Shown: piece by piece, positions 25,536-40,625 of the stretch
How positions within the stretch are numbered: the stretch's first letter is position 1
Layout of the letters: every line of letters starts with the position of its first letter
From: Octopus sinensis
Lineage: Eukaryota
NCBI RefSeq assembly: GCF_006345805.1
Contig: NC_043001.1
Coordinates: 3,038,001-3,102,000, forward strand
DNA length: 64,000 bases
Reading direction: 5' to 3'
The notes under the pieces: generated by a model
What the model was told of the DNA's origin: nothing
Database searches by the model: none
What the model saw: only the letters and a program-made list of their open reading frames with translations
Program-made: the position numbers and the translations under genes

Positions 25536-27296
25536 AACCGCTAAGTGACTAGGATTTAAGTATATGAACACCAGCTGTCAAGCTTTGGTAGTGGACACAC
25601 ACACACACACTTACGACAGGCTTCTTTCAGTTTCTCTCTACTAAATCCACTGACAAAGCTTTGGTCTGCAAAAAAAGATAGTAGAAAGCACTTGCCAAAG
25701 TGCTACGCAGTGGGACTGAACCTGGAACCATTTAATTTAGGAAGCAAATATCTTACCCCACACCCATGCCTATGCCTGTCTTGAGTATGTTTTCTTTCTG
25801 TAATATTTTTCTCCCTTTCCTTTCATATTTTCATGAGTAAAAATTTCTTCCTCATCAGACAATGAAAACATGGTACAACAGATTGATACGGTTAGAGTTT
25901 ATACATCGGAATTAGAAGGCAGCAAACTGGCAGAACCGTTAGCATGCTGGATGAAATGCTTAGCAGTATTTTGCCTGTTGCTGTGTTCTGAGTTCAAATT
26001 CTGCTGATTTTTACTTTGTCTTCCATCCTTTCGGGGTCGATAAAATAAGTACTAGATGAACACAGGGGTCGATGTAATCAACTCCTCCCCACCTTCCCAA
26101 GTTGCCCTTGTGAAAAAAAATTTGAAATATTAATTACATCACTTTGTGGTCACTCCTCTACACCTACATAGTTACAGGGACTTGAACTATGTGCCTTGGA
26201 CTTCAATCTCACAGACACTGAAACAAACATGAAAACAGCTTTTTCTTCTTTGATTAATTTATTCAAACGGAAAAAAAATCATACTCAAAGGAAATTTGAC
26301 TGCTATTTCTTGCAAATAAATCCACCATGTGGCGAATTTCTTATTGGCTTCTCATTCAAATAAACTGAAGCTGAGAAATTAAATACATTTCATCTAAAAA
26401 CATTTATAACCCTTCAGCAAAATTTTTTTGCCCTCATTGTAAGAACTTATAATTTTCAACTGAAAACACTTGTGAATTTCCCATAATTAGGACTAATTGC
26501 CAGGTTTGATTGCTCTGGCAGCAAATAAATAGATAACAGGATAGACATGAGACTTAATTATTTCATTAAGTTCAAGCAATTAGAGATGTAATTATGTGAA
26601 TGCTGTCCAATCAGTTCAGAAGGTTGATAACTAAAATATATTTTAATATTTAGGCTATAAGCGCAGGTGTTGCTGTGCGGCAAGATTCTTGCTTCTCATC
26701 CACATGGTTCTGGTTTCAATCCCACTGCATGGCACCTTGAGCAAGAATTTTCTACCATAGTCTCAGACCAATGCTTTGTGATGGAATTTGGTGTATATAA
26801 ACTGAAAGAAGCCAGTCATGTGTGTGTGTGTGTGTTTGTTCCCTGCCACTGCTTGCCAACTGGTGTTGGTGTGTTTATTTCCTCATAACTTAGTCGTTCA
26901 GCAAAAGTAACTGACAGAATAAGTACCAGGTTTAAAACATTAATAAGTCCTGGGGTTGGTTCATTTCACTAACTATTCTCCATAGTGGTGCTCCAGCATG
27001 GCCACAGTCTAATGACTGTAACAAACAAAAAATAACAGATAAGTATATTCATAGGACTGAATAGAACTGAGTCAAAGGAGCCTACAATTGGTCACTAGAC
27101 CAGCTAGAAATAGGAGCTAAAACTGTTCACTACCGTATTGATGAATGGATGAGGTATTACAAATGATATAATTTTGAGATAAAACAATTGAAAAAACAAA
27201 ATTAAAAGACGAAATGGTCATGGCTGGAATACACCTGTCCTACTGAGTTCAAAGGTCAGCATTGCGAAACTGGATTTTCCTGACTCTGAAAATGTA

Positions 27297-28570
27297 TTAG
27301 GTCGTCAAGTATGAAATTTGTAGTAAGGTATACGGTAAATTTTGACAGCTGCTCATTTTGTGCCATTATTATATTTTGACAAACTTTTTTTGTTGTTGTT
27401 AGAAAGCTGACACATCTGTTTCTTCATTCTAACGCATTTGTGCTTTATAAAGTATTTATAATTCGTTTTTTTTTTCTATTTTTGTTTAGAAATGGTTACG
27501 TCAGAAATTCGTACAGTTTTACAAAGTGACTTCTTTCTTGGAAATACAGCATCACAGACAGCTCGGAATATTGGATTATTTCATTCCAATGTTATTACGC
27601 AGCAGACAGTATCAAATTGGTTTGAAAAATTTCATTCTGGTAACTTTGACCTCACAAATGAGCAACACGGTCGACCGGAACCAGTGGTGGATAATGACCA
27701 ACTGAAAGCCACCATCGAGTTAGATCCATCTCAAAGTGCCCGTGAATTATCGTTGTTGTTTGGTGTTAGCAAGCAAACAATATTGACTCACCTGGTTCAA
27801 ATCGGTAAAGTGAAAAAGTTGGATAAGTGGGTTCCACCTGAACCCAATGAAAATCAGAAACAGCAACGTTTGGAAGCCTGCATTATGCTACTTTCTCGTC
27901 ACAAAAATGAATCATTTTTGTATCGAAATGTAACATTTGATGAGGAATGGATCCAATACAAGAACCGTAAACATTCAGCACAATGGTTGGACAAAGATGA
28001 GCTACCAAAACGCAGTCCAAAAAGAGAAATCCATCAAAAGAAGCTGATGGTGTGTGTTTGGTGGTCTGGTGCAGGTGTGATCCATTATGATTTCATTAAA
28101 CCTGGCTCATCAATCATGGCCGAAGTATACTGCAGCCAACTGGACCAAATGATGCAGAAACTTACAAAAGAAAAACTGCCTAGATTAGTCAACAGATCCA
28201 CTCCTATTTTACTGCAAGACAACGCCAGACCACACATCGCAGAAATGACATTGGCGAAACTATAGGAGTTGGAGTTGGAAGTTCTCCATCATCCACCCTA
28301 CTCACCTTATCTTGCCCTCACTAACTATCACTTCTTCCAGAATTTGGATAACTTTTTGACAGGAAAAATATTTAATTCTGACGATGATATAAAACAGGCC
28401 TACCAAGATTTTATTGACACTAGATTGCCAGGCTTTTACAGTTCCAGGCTGGACAAGCTACCGCTGAAATGGCAAAAGTGTATTGACAATATGGGTGCAT
28501 ACTTTGATGAATAAAACTATTCCTTGTATTTATAAAACATTAGCAAAATTTTGTACAAATTGCATAATCT
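27297..28570 (+). mobile_element. Near full-length mariner transposon (about 1.27 kb)
   Basis: TA then left TIR TTAGGTCGTCAAGTATGAAATTTGTA from 27297; only the inner part of the right TIR survives (TACAAATTGCATA 28554-28566 vs TATGAAATTTGTA 27310-27322). Confidence 0.9.
27492..28514 (+). pseudogene. Mariner transposase with one in-frame stop (TAG at 28263-28265)
   Basis: HTH region, WVPPEP (WVPHEL), VTFDEEW, LLQDNARPH, YSPYLALTNYHFF (YSPDLAPSDYHLF); two ORFs of 257 and 81 aa in the same frame. Confidence 0.92.
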
Positions 28571-29354
28571 ATATTTAGATTATATATGTAAAGGGTATAT
28601 ATGACATATATATGTATATGGGGAAGCGGGGGTGGATTGGGGGAGTTGTTAGGGCTGTGGATAAAATGCCTCGTAGTATTATCTCTAAATAATTGTGCTC
28701 TGTGTTCAAATCTTGCCATGGCCAGCATTACAATTAATGTCTCTGGAGTTCGTAAAATAAAGTCTTGTACTGTGATAAATGACTGGCAGTAATGCCCTCC
28801 GTCAACTTTGGGGCCTGCTACCTAAGTTTAAAAAATAATTATTATAGAAGTGTGGTTAGAAAATTTGTATTCTAGCCACATGGTTCTGGGTTCAGTTCCA
28901 CTGTGTGGTACCTTGAGCAAGTGTCTTTTACTGTGTATTTACTCGCTGTATTGCGTGTTTGTTTCTTTTTTGCATCTGTGGTTTTAATTTTGATCTTCTA
29001 CATAAATGAAGATACTTTCTTTGGTTTGCTACTTTTTGTTCTACGAAATGAGAAGATACATTACGAAACTGTTATTTTACTGACTTGTATCTATTTATCA
29101 TGTTCTTTGGATTACGTAATCTTGAAACAATTTGATTGTAGTAATGTATTTCGGATGTGGTATTTTGGAATACATAATTATGTATTTTAAAATAATTTGA
29201 TTGTGTTAATCTGCTTTTCGGTACATATTGTTTTAATGAAACAGTGTGATTATGAAAATATGCTTTGGGATTAATTAACTGCAAATTAATGGGAATAGTA
29301 CCTTTTCTTTTTTCCTTATCACCAAACATGTGTGAAATAATTTTAACATTTCGT

Positions 29355-29533
29355 ATGTATGTATATATGTATGAATGTAGGTAGGTATGTATGTATGTAT
29401 GTATGTATGTATGTATGTATGTATGTATGTATGTATGTATGTATGTATGTATGTATGTATGTATGTATGTATGTATGTATGTATGTATATATGTATGTAT
29501 ATATGTATGTAGGTATGTATGTATGTATGTATG
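29355..29533. repeat. (TATG)n microsatellite
   Basis: Visible near-perfect tandem repeat. Confidence 0.95.
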
Positions 29534-29553
29534 TTTCTTCTATTTTTTAATTA

Positions 29554-30891
<1,338 letters not shown>

Positions 30892-33377
30892 TTATACATA
30901 AATCTATATATGTGTGTGTGTGTTTGTGTGTGTATGTATGTGTGAGTATGCCAAGTTAAAGTATCATAAAAGCATGAAACTATTAATAGCTCTTTTGTTT
31001 GAGTATTAAATCCATGTTATCCTTTATGTTTTGCTTGTTTCTGCCATTTGACTGTGGTCATGCTGGGGCACAGACTTGAAGGGTTTTAATCAAACAAATT
31101 GATCAGAGGATTTTTTCTTAACCCTAGTGCTTATTCTTTGTAAGCCTAATTTTATCTGTCTCTTTTGCTGAATTGTTAAATTACAGCAACATCAACACAC
31201 CAATATCAGTTGTCAAGCAATGATGTGGAGGTGGTGGACAAAAACAGACACAATGCATACATATGTATATATATATATATACACACACACACACAATGGG
31301 CTTCTTTCAGTTTCCAACTACCAAATCCCTCATGCTGTGGTACGTAAAAGCACCCACTACACTCTCGGAGTGGTTGGTGTTAGGAAGGGCATCCAGCTGT
31401 AGAAACTCTGCCAGATCAAGATTGGAGCCTGGTGCAGCCTTCTGGTTCACCAGTCCACAGTCAAATCGTATACACACACACACACACACACATTCAACAC
31501 ACAGCCATCATATATATATACAGCAATAGGATACCAAGTAGTAATGCAGTATGACCATTTCAAGTGTCTCCATTTAATTTAACAATGCAGTCATTACATC
31601 AATTGAAATACAATGCTATCTTCAGCTGCACAAATAAATAAATGGAATTTTAACAAGTAGGACACATTAATATGAATTTTGTTAAATATTTTAGCAGAGT
31701 AAGAAGATGAAAGAAATTCATGTTGTCCCTATTGTAGCTAAGAATAGACTACAACTTCTAAGAATTGCATGGGTCATAGGGTTCTAAGGGATGTAATTCA
31801 TTTCTAATTCATTTATCTCTTTATCAACTATTAAATCTAAGACTAGAAGACAGTGTCTATTTTGAATAAAGGACAAGAGTGAGTTGACAGCTCATGGCTA
31901 GGTATGGTCATAAATATTATCATATCTATCTCTCTTCCTCTGGGAGGAAATGAGACATTAGGAGTAGTCAGTTGGATATAACTAACTGTCTATAAAAAGA
32001 GGCAGGGGTAGACTTTAAATCATGATGTTAATGACTAGTTAAAGGGGAAAGATGCTAAGAAACCTAAGATGTTAATACAAAGGAAATTTTATTTAGGGGC
32101 ATTAAGGGGGGAATGTTTATAAACAATATTGTTATGTTGTATAAAAATAGAATTTAAAAATTTCAAAACTGATATCATAACCAAAATAAGTTAAAGGTTT
32201 GTATATATCAATTGTAAACGTTAAAAAAGGAAAGATTACATAGAATCAGTTTAATATTCATTCATGTACTTACTTAATTAATTAATTATTAGGTGGTTTC
32301 TATAAAGACTGCCCAAGGCATTTAATGTATGGAATAACTGGAAAGATATACAAGCTTTCTATGAATTTTAAGCCATGAATCAGAAAAGTGTAAAAATGCA
32401 TACAGACACACACATGCACATATATATGTGCATATATATACATACACAATATTTATACGCTTATATGGATATAGTATAAATATCTCGCATAGACTTAAGT
32501 AACTGAAAAATATCAATTTAAGAAAAAGAAAAATAATTAATAAGAGATAAGAGGTTAATAAGTAAGGAAGTCACAATAAGAAAACAAAATCATGAATTAA
32601 TAGAAAATAATAAGAAATACATATAACCTACATACAAAGAGACAGGGGACTAAAATTAGAGGCAGAGAAGAGATAAAGGTAACTCGAAAAGTGGGGGTAA
32701 CAGGTATAGAAGTAGTGAGGGCAGTTAAAGGGATTCAGATGGAAGAGATTTTATAAGTTGTAATGTTACAGGCGTTATTGTATGTGGGGTTTTATAGTTT
32801 CTAGGGGGTTTACGATTTAGTCAAAAGGAGACTCACTTGCATAAAGTCAGTACAAGTATACATGCTATGATCAGTAGGGTAGAACATTATAGAAAGGAAA
32901 ATAGTGTAATCACCAAAATAGGATGAAGTCAGACTAAATAGGCAGGGGTTATCATGGGATAATTTTACATATAGCACACCACATAACACAGCACATATCA
33001 CATAACATATGTAATATAATATAATTCGGCAGATAACATAATATCCCATGATTTTATTATGTTTACTACTGGAGGGTAAATTTACAATGGATACGGCACC
33101 AAAATTTATTTCCACCATCAAAGTTCAAGTATGGTAACTATATTTATATATATATATATATATATATATCTACACACACATACATTTAAACATACACGAT
33201 GGGTTTCTTTCAGTTTCTGTTAACCAAATCCACACACAAGGCCCAAAGCTGTAATAGAAGACACTTGCCCAGGGTGCCATGCAGTAGGACTGACTCTGGA
33301 ACCATGTGGTCAAGAAATGAGCTTCTTATCAATATATATGTGTGGGGGGGGCATGTGTATTTATAGTATTCGTAATA

Positions 33378-33798
33378 ACAAATCCTGTTGACAGTGAGTT
33401 TGAAGTTTTGGCCAGCTAAGCCATTATTGAACTTCAATGGATTAGAGTTAGTCATGCATTTATATAGTCTTTGTTGAGGTAAAATCCTGTTTGGGTTTGT
33501 GGGGGAGCAGGGTGGTGATTAGGTTTTTATGGTTGGTTGTTATAGAAATGTATTTTGGAAAAATTTTAATTGATTGAATTTTGGATTATGTTATTGTTTA
33601 GAATTTAGTCCCTGGATGTAAAAATTTGTAAACAAGCCTGAAGGTGTTTCTCTTTTGTTAGATCGATACAAGGTGTGACAGGATTCGTGTTGCTTTTGGA
33701 ATCTTTACTCAACAGCGGCAAAATTAATTAGAATGAATTACTGACCAAGATGGCGTAGCGGGCTAAAACTTTGAAGTCACTGTCAACAAGATTCTTGT
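33378..33798. mobile_element. Probable MITE-like element bounded by about 46-bp imperfect inverted repeats
   Basis: AATCCTGTTGACAGTGAGTTTGAAGTTTTGGCCAGCTAAGCCAT (33381-33424) vs reverse complement of 33750-33793 AATCTTGTTGACAGTGACTTCAAAGTTTTAGCCCGCTACGCCAT. Confidence 0.55.
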
Positions 33799-35562
33799 AT
33801 ATGGATTATAAAGTTGTACTCTACAAAGGTTTAGAGCAACCCATCAGATCAATGTAAATTTGTTTAAATTATGAGTGAACATAAAGCAAACATTAACATA
33901 TATACATATATATACAGAAATATATATACAAGCATATATATGTACACACAAACACACATATATATGTATACAATTATGTATATACATATATATGCATGTT
34001 TGCATCTGGGTTTGGGTTATGTGTTTATACCTTGACATTTTGCAATAGATGTAAACGAGTATCACTGTTATATAAGTGGTGTTATACATTTCCAATCTTC
34101 TGTGAAAACATGAGCAGCCATGGGGAATATTACCTTGTTTGGGAATGGGTGAGGTGTTGGTGGCAAGGAGGGTATCCATCTAGAGAAATTCTATCAAAAT
34201 CTTGCAAGAATATAAATGTACAGTAAAAGCAATGATGGTGATGATAATGATAATTTATACACACATCTGTACATATAAATGCAAATATATAAATTCAGAT
34301 TTCGATATACCTTCACTGAAATCTGAAAGGAATGTAAAATGCCTTTTGTTCTTTTTCATTTTTTTTTCCCCTCCACCAAAAATATATATAGAAAAATGTT
34401 TAACATAATTAATAGTTCATTTAAATTTTCAAGTCAAAGAACGATGACAAAATTTACTAGATTACTTCATATATTATATCTTGAATTCTACAAACTGATT
34501 CTGCTAAACCGAAATTGGCTCTAATTCGTATCGATCTCTTTTCATTTGCAGACTCTTTAAAGTGTTTTTAACATAAACATTATTACATTTTCAGTTCCTT
34601 TACTTCCATTTATTTTTGGCATTTTCCAAATTTTGGTTTCATCAAATTAAGTTTTTCTCTTCATGTTTAAATAAATTTACAAAACATTTCTGTAAAATTT
34701 CCTCTCATTATCCTTTTCTTTCTGTTTATTTTTGTTCGATTTGCTTCCATTTGCTGAATTCAATTATAGAGCATATATACACATACACTCACATAAATAT
34801 GTATATAAATGTGAGTGTGTATGTATATATATATATATGTGTGTATGTATATGCACAAACACACACTTGCACCCACACAAATGTATGAGTGTGCATTTAA
34901 AGGGAAAACTAAGAAAGCTGCAATGTTGGAAATGTCTAACATTGATAATTTAAAATTCAGAACAAAATTATCAAATTCTTCAATAGTTTTCAACTTCTTT
35001 ACTATCACAGAGAGAATCAAAATATTTTCAAATCAATGTTCTTGAAATGCCTCATTGATCGTATCCATGCCTTATCCATTATACATTACATCCACTCCTC
35101 CGAGCGATCCAATCTTTACAGCTTTCACCTACTCTCCCCTACCTCACGTACCTATCATATCTCACCACTTTTACTTCCTACTTTCTAAATTTACCTTTCC
35201 TCCATTCACCATTTCTAACTAACTGACACAAACGACATACTCTTAGTTCCTCTGTCCTAGTTCTCTTCTGCTCACCTCATACACAGAAGGACCCCTCAGA
35301 CATGTCGTCAACACTAGTTGTTCCCTGCCCAATAGTACCTTTGTCACCCTCGTTCACTTTCCTAAAATGGGAGTTATCTTGCAGCTCTTCCACAGCAAGA
35401 AACCTATTATTCTCATAATCTAACCACACATCTCTTAGCATAACACCACCTCTCCTGTGGTCCACAGACTTGCAAGTTGCATGGTGACCTTGCAAGTGCT
35501 TGTGCCATGTAAAACCATGCAGTCTAAACAGTAAAATGGTTGGCAATAAGAAAGACATCCAG

Positions 35563-35790
35563 AGGCGGCGAGCTGGCAGAAACGCTAGCACGCTGGGCAA
35601 AATGCTTAGCAGTATTTCATCTGCCGTTACATTCTGAGTTCGAATTCCACCGAGGTTGACTTTGCCTTTCATCCTTTTGGGGTCGATAAATTAAGTACCA
35701 GTTACACACTGGGGTCAAGGTAATCGACTTAATCCCTTTGTCTGTCCTTGTTTGTCCCCTCTGTGTTTATTCCCATGTGGGTAGTAAAGA
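35563..35790 (+). mobile_element. SINE family A with perfect 18-bp TSD
   Basis: A-box TGGCAGAAACGCTAG, B-box GAGTTCGAATTC, core GCCTTTCATCCTTTTGGGGTCGATAAATTAAGTACC; TSD AATAAGAAAGACATCCAG at 35545-35562 and 35791-35808. Confidence 0.92.
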
Positions 35791-35999
35791 AATAAGAAAG
35801 ACATCCAGCTGAAGATAGGAGAGCACAATGCTCTCCTTGAAGGAATCAAATCCTGTCGAATAATTCCAATCCATGTCTGTTAAATTATGATGGTGATGAT
35901 GGTGATGGTGATAACAATGATATTGCTTTTGAAATTTAGTTTTCCTGCAATCTGTTGAGTGTACATATATATATGAGACCTATTGAGTCAAGTACATCA

Positions 36000-36358
36000 A
36001 CATCAAAATAAAAATCAAATGGAAATTGTAGTTGTGATACCTGTGCCGGTGGCACGTAAAAAGCACCATCTCAACGTGGCTGATGCCAGTGCCGTCTTGA
36101 CTGGTTTCTGTGCTGGTAGCACATAAAAAGCTCCAACTGATCGTGGATGCTGCCAGCCTTCTCTGGCCCCTGTGCTGGTGACAAGTAAAAAGCACCCACT
36201 ACACTCACGGAGTGGTTGGCATTAGGAAGAGCATCCAGTTGTAGAAACACTGCCCGATCAGACTGGAGCCTGGTGTGGCCTCCTAGCCTCCCAGACCCTA
36301 GTTGAACCGTCTAACCCATGCTAGCAAGGAAAATGGACGTTAGACGATGAGGATGATA
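36000..36358 (+). mobile_element. RTE-tail element (family C) with subrepeats
   Basis: GGTGGCACGTAAAAAGCACC subrepeats, then the shared 3' end and a GAT-like tail. Confidence 0.8.
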
Positions 36359-36373
36359 ATGTATCTATCTATC

Positions 36374-36404
<31 letters not shown>

Positions 36405-38544
36405 ATGTGTATGTGAGTGTTTGTGTGTCTTTCTCTTGACATTTATAGGATATTTGTAAATGAGTGTCGCTGTTAAACAAGCAATGTGATTCATTTCCAA
36501 TATTCTGCAAGAATATGGCTGGCAATAGCGAAGTATTACCTTGCTTAGAAAGAAAAGATTTGGTGATAGGGAACGCATACGATATAGAGAATATTACCTC
36601 AGTAAATTCCTTTGAACTTTTGTAAATATGGAAAAGTGGCCCTTAAAGTGATTTTATGCCAATGTGTGCATGTGCGTGCGTATGTGTGTGTGTGAGTGCA
36701 TGTGTGTGTGTGTGTGTATGTGCATGTGTGAGTGTGTGTGTGCGTACATGTGCAAGCTTGACTGTGCAATTAAGAAGCTTTCTTTGCCACCAGATTGTAT
36801 CTGTAGCGTGTGTTAGCTTGTTTGCTTGTTTGTTTAATTTTCTGAGAAACCCTGCGTCGTAAATTGTCACTGAATCATTTATCCATAAAATCGAGTGCAA
36901 CAATTATTATTGGAATAAATGGGAATTCATATCTGGATAAAGAAGCTGAAGATTTGAAGGAATTTGTTCATAATTTTCCTCTTTCTCTTTGATTTTCAAA
37001 GAGATTTCTACATCAGGTCAGCTGACCTCTGAATTGGTACATATTTTTTGTCATTTCCAAACAACTGTATCTATATAAATAATTAACTAATTGTTTAGAT
37101 ATTCAACCAGTTGACTAATAATAGAGAAGTGACATTAAACCAGTGCACATGTTGTTATTGTTATTAGCATAATGACCCTCCTCAAGACACAACAAAATTT
37201 GCTTTAAGACATGAATTCCCATCAAGAACCATGCAAACCAAATACAAGAATGAATTATACTGACTTGCTATGTCTGCACTTGGTAAAAATTCTGATGGGA
37301 ATATTCTATCACTTATTTCTTGTGTTGATGTTTTTTTCATGCATTTCAAAAGGGAGGAATTCTCTAAATTTATTTCCAGGGTAGTTTTTTTCCAGATTGC
37401 ATTGTATATTGTTTTAGCAAATGCAACTAAAAGACACTTTTGGACAGCTCCCAATCATGTGTGATGTCTTCTACAGAAATGTGACATAATGTGTTTGATT
37501 GCATCTTGGCATGCCAAGGACTCCACTGTCTCTTCTGTTTACTTGTGATTTCATAACAATCTCCTGATTTTAATTGAAGAGTGACAGGATGCAACAGTCA
37601 TGAGTCCAAGAGAGGTTGCACTTCATGTCAATGTTATTGTCATCTTCATGTGCTTGGGGAAGATATCTATGGATGTAAGTGAGTATTTTTGTATACACAT
37701 TTGTATATATGCATATATGTATACATATGTGTATATGTGTGCATGTAAGTGTAATTGTATGTGCGTGTGTTTGTGAGTCCGTGTGTATATATGTATGCAT
37801 AATATGTACATACATGTATGTGCTTATCTACATATGTATGTGCCTGTCTAATCACGTATTTAATTAGGCATGCAGGTATGTATGCATGAACACCTTAGCT
37901 TGGAGGCTGGCATAGTCAAGTGTAATGGATGTATGTTATATATGTATAGATCCAGTGTATGTATAGGTGAAATCTTTATATGTATGTAACAAATACATGA
38001 ATTTAATGCATATATATATATATATATATATATATGCCTTACCAGCACATGTGCTGGTGGCATGTGAAAAACAACATTCGAGCGTGGTCGTTGCCAGTGC
38101 CACCTGACTAGCCTTTGTGCCAGTGGCACATAAAAGCACCCACTACATTTTCGGAGTGTTTAGCATTAGGAAGGGCGTCCAGCTGTAGAAACTCTGCCAA
38201 ATCAAATTGAGCCTGGTGCAGCCATCTGGCTCGCCAGCCCTCAGCCAAACCATCCAACCCATGCCAGCATGGAAAGCAGATGTTAAACAATGATGAGGAT
38301 ATATATATGCATGTGTGTATGTAGTGAAAGTATTGCCTTATGTATGCCATGTTTGCCTGTAAGTATAGTAAACCTTGAGGTTGGGGTAGGCAGTGATGTG
38401 ATTAAGAAGTTCCTTTCACTATCATAGTAGTAGTAGTTGTAGTAATCGCAGCTGCCATAGTTTGATTTCTTTGTGGTCTGATTGAATAGGTTTATGGTAA
38501 GTGTTCCAGTTACCAAAATCTCATAAAGACTGGTGCAAACTGAT

Positions 38545-38945
38545 GGAGTGGCTGTGTGGTAAGTAGCTTGCTAACCAACTACATAGTTCTGGGTTCAGTC
38601 CCACTGCGTGACACCTTGGGCAAGTGTCGTCTACTAGTGCCTCGGGCCGACCAAAGCCTTGTGAGTGGATTTGGTAGACGGAAACCGAAAGAAACCCGTC
38701 GTATATATGTATATATATATGTCTGTGTGTGTGTGTGTGTATGTTTGTTTGTGTGTCTGTGTTTGTCCCCTCAACATCGCTTGACAACCAATGGTGGTGT
38801 GTTTACATCCCCATAACTTAGCGGTTCGGCAAAAGAGACCGAAAGAATAAGTACTAGGTATCCAAAGAAGTCCTGGGGTCGATCTGCTCGACTAAAGGCG
38901 GTGCTCCAGCATGGCCACAGTCAAATGACTGAAACAAGTAAAAAA
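38545..38945 (+). mobile_element. SINE family B, full length
   Basis: Head TGGCTGTGTGGTAAG...GGGTTCAGTCCC, core GTGAGTGGATTTGGTAGACGGAAACCGAAAGAAACCCGTCG, tail to GACTGAAACAAGTAAAA. Confidence 0.88.
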
Positions 38946-40314
38946 AAAATGCTTTGTTTTTGGTTTGTTATAAGCAGGATTATTTCTTCTCACTACAAAC
39001 CATTCGACTATGAAGAGGTCAGCTTTCTATCTGATGACCACACAATAGAATACACTCTGACCAATGAAAAAACATGGTTGATAACTTATATGTTTGATCG
39101 CATACCCCACCATGTCAACCTAAAAGAATACACATGTAATATGAGAGAAATTTGTTTGCCATTTTTAGCCAGTCACTCTACCACAGAGAGGCACCCCTGT
39201 CTTTTGGAATATTGATGTATCAATGAAATGGTGGAAACAGTTCTAGGCAGACTTGTCATGTAATATTATGAAAGTGGCAGATGAGGTCAGTAGGAAAGGA
39301 AGCTATTCTGTCATGGTTTTCTACAAGAATTAAGATCAGGTTTCTGACAGTTTTAGGATAGAGTTAAACAGACGAGAATCTTTAGAGGAAGACCTGTTCT
39401 TATATAGTGACGTCTTATGGTCATTAACTGATGTGAATTTTACAAGTTGACAATGCCTTCCAGTGGTTTTTGGTTGATTCCATAGTAAATGCCAAATGCT
39501 GCTATATTTATATTCAAACATTCTTCCAAATATACATGAAGGTTTCTCAGAAGTAGAACCTCAGGAACTGGAGCTGTTCCCAATAATTTCAATCTGTAAA
39601 CCAAACATACTTTCATTCTTGATGACAGTCTTCAGCAATCAAACCACTGAATATCTCCCTCCCCACCTCTCTCTCTCTCTGTTTGTCTCTGTGTGTGTCT
39701 GTGTGTGTGTGTATGTATATATATATATATATATAGGGAGAGAGAGAGAAAGAGACATAGGAATACTATAATGGTAACTTTGGAAATATTCTTTTGTCAC
39801 TGTGAATAATATCAGGAAGCATGCCATAAATGGGAAAGCTGGTAGAGCGGCAGAATGGTTGGCATTCTGGGTAAAATGATTAATGGTATTTCGTCCATCG
39901 TTATGTCCTGAGTTCAAATACCACCGAGGCTGACTTTGTGTTTTATCCTTCAGGGGTACCAGTTGGGTCCTGGAGTTAATGTAATCAACTTCCCCCACCC
40001 CCACTGAATTTGCTGGTCTTGTGCCAAAAGTTGGAATCCATCTGCCATACATAGAACAAATATAATTTAACTTTTCTGAAATTTCTTGGTCATTATACAA
40101 CAAGGAGAAGAAATTGATAATTTTCAAAACAAAATATACTTATTAACTTTAAAATTATGTAAAACCAATTTCTCATTTGCATAACTCCTGCCATAGATAC
40201 TATCATTCAATCTCTCTACTCTTACTCCTCCTCCTCCTTATCCCCCACTGTCTCTATCATTCTTTCTCTCTCACTCTGTGTATGTCCATGTATGTGTGCA
40301 TGTGTGTGTGTCGT

Positions 40315-40625
40315 GCCAGCATCAGTTGTTAGTTGTCGGAGCACTGCATCCTTCAAAACTTCCATGCTTTCTGAGATTCGCCAACACTACACCTGATTTC
40401 CCCCACTCCATACACACGCAAGCATGTATCTGACTCATACACTGTTCACTTCCCAGACATTTGTACGTTACTGCATATGCTTTATACACACTTTTTGACA
40501 AGTTGTGGTGCACCTGAGGACTTTATACAATAATTTCATTATTATTATTATTATTATTATTATCATTATTATTATTATCATTATTATTATTATTATTATT
40601 ATCATTATTATTATTATTACTTTAT
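40315..40625 (+). mobile_element. CR1-like LINE 3' end with (ATT)n tail
   Basis: GCATCAGTTGTT...CACTGCATCCTTCAA...CTACACCTGA and GTGCACCTGAG are shared with 58140-58393. Confidence 0.7.

Noticed and set aside
35563-35650. tRNA genes at SINE heads
   Set aside because: A and B boxes are present but no complete cloverleaf; each continues into a SINE core and tail with TSDs
35809-35850. CTGAAGA-T-AGGAGAGC(ACAAT)GCTCTCCT-TGAAG: hammerhead-like start with a perfect 8-bp hairpin
   Set aside because: GAAA is replaced by TGAAG, helix III cannot be built with a UH triplet, and the 5' flank is the SINE TSD; treated as a plain hairpin
37182-37620. 90-aa minus-strand ORF in unique sequence
   Set aside because: No recognisable motif or splice frame; may be an ancient transposon remnant but cannot be supported
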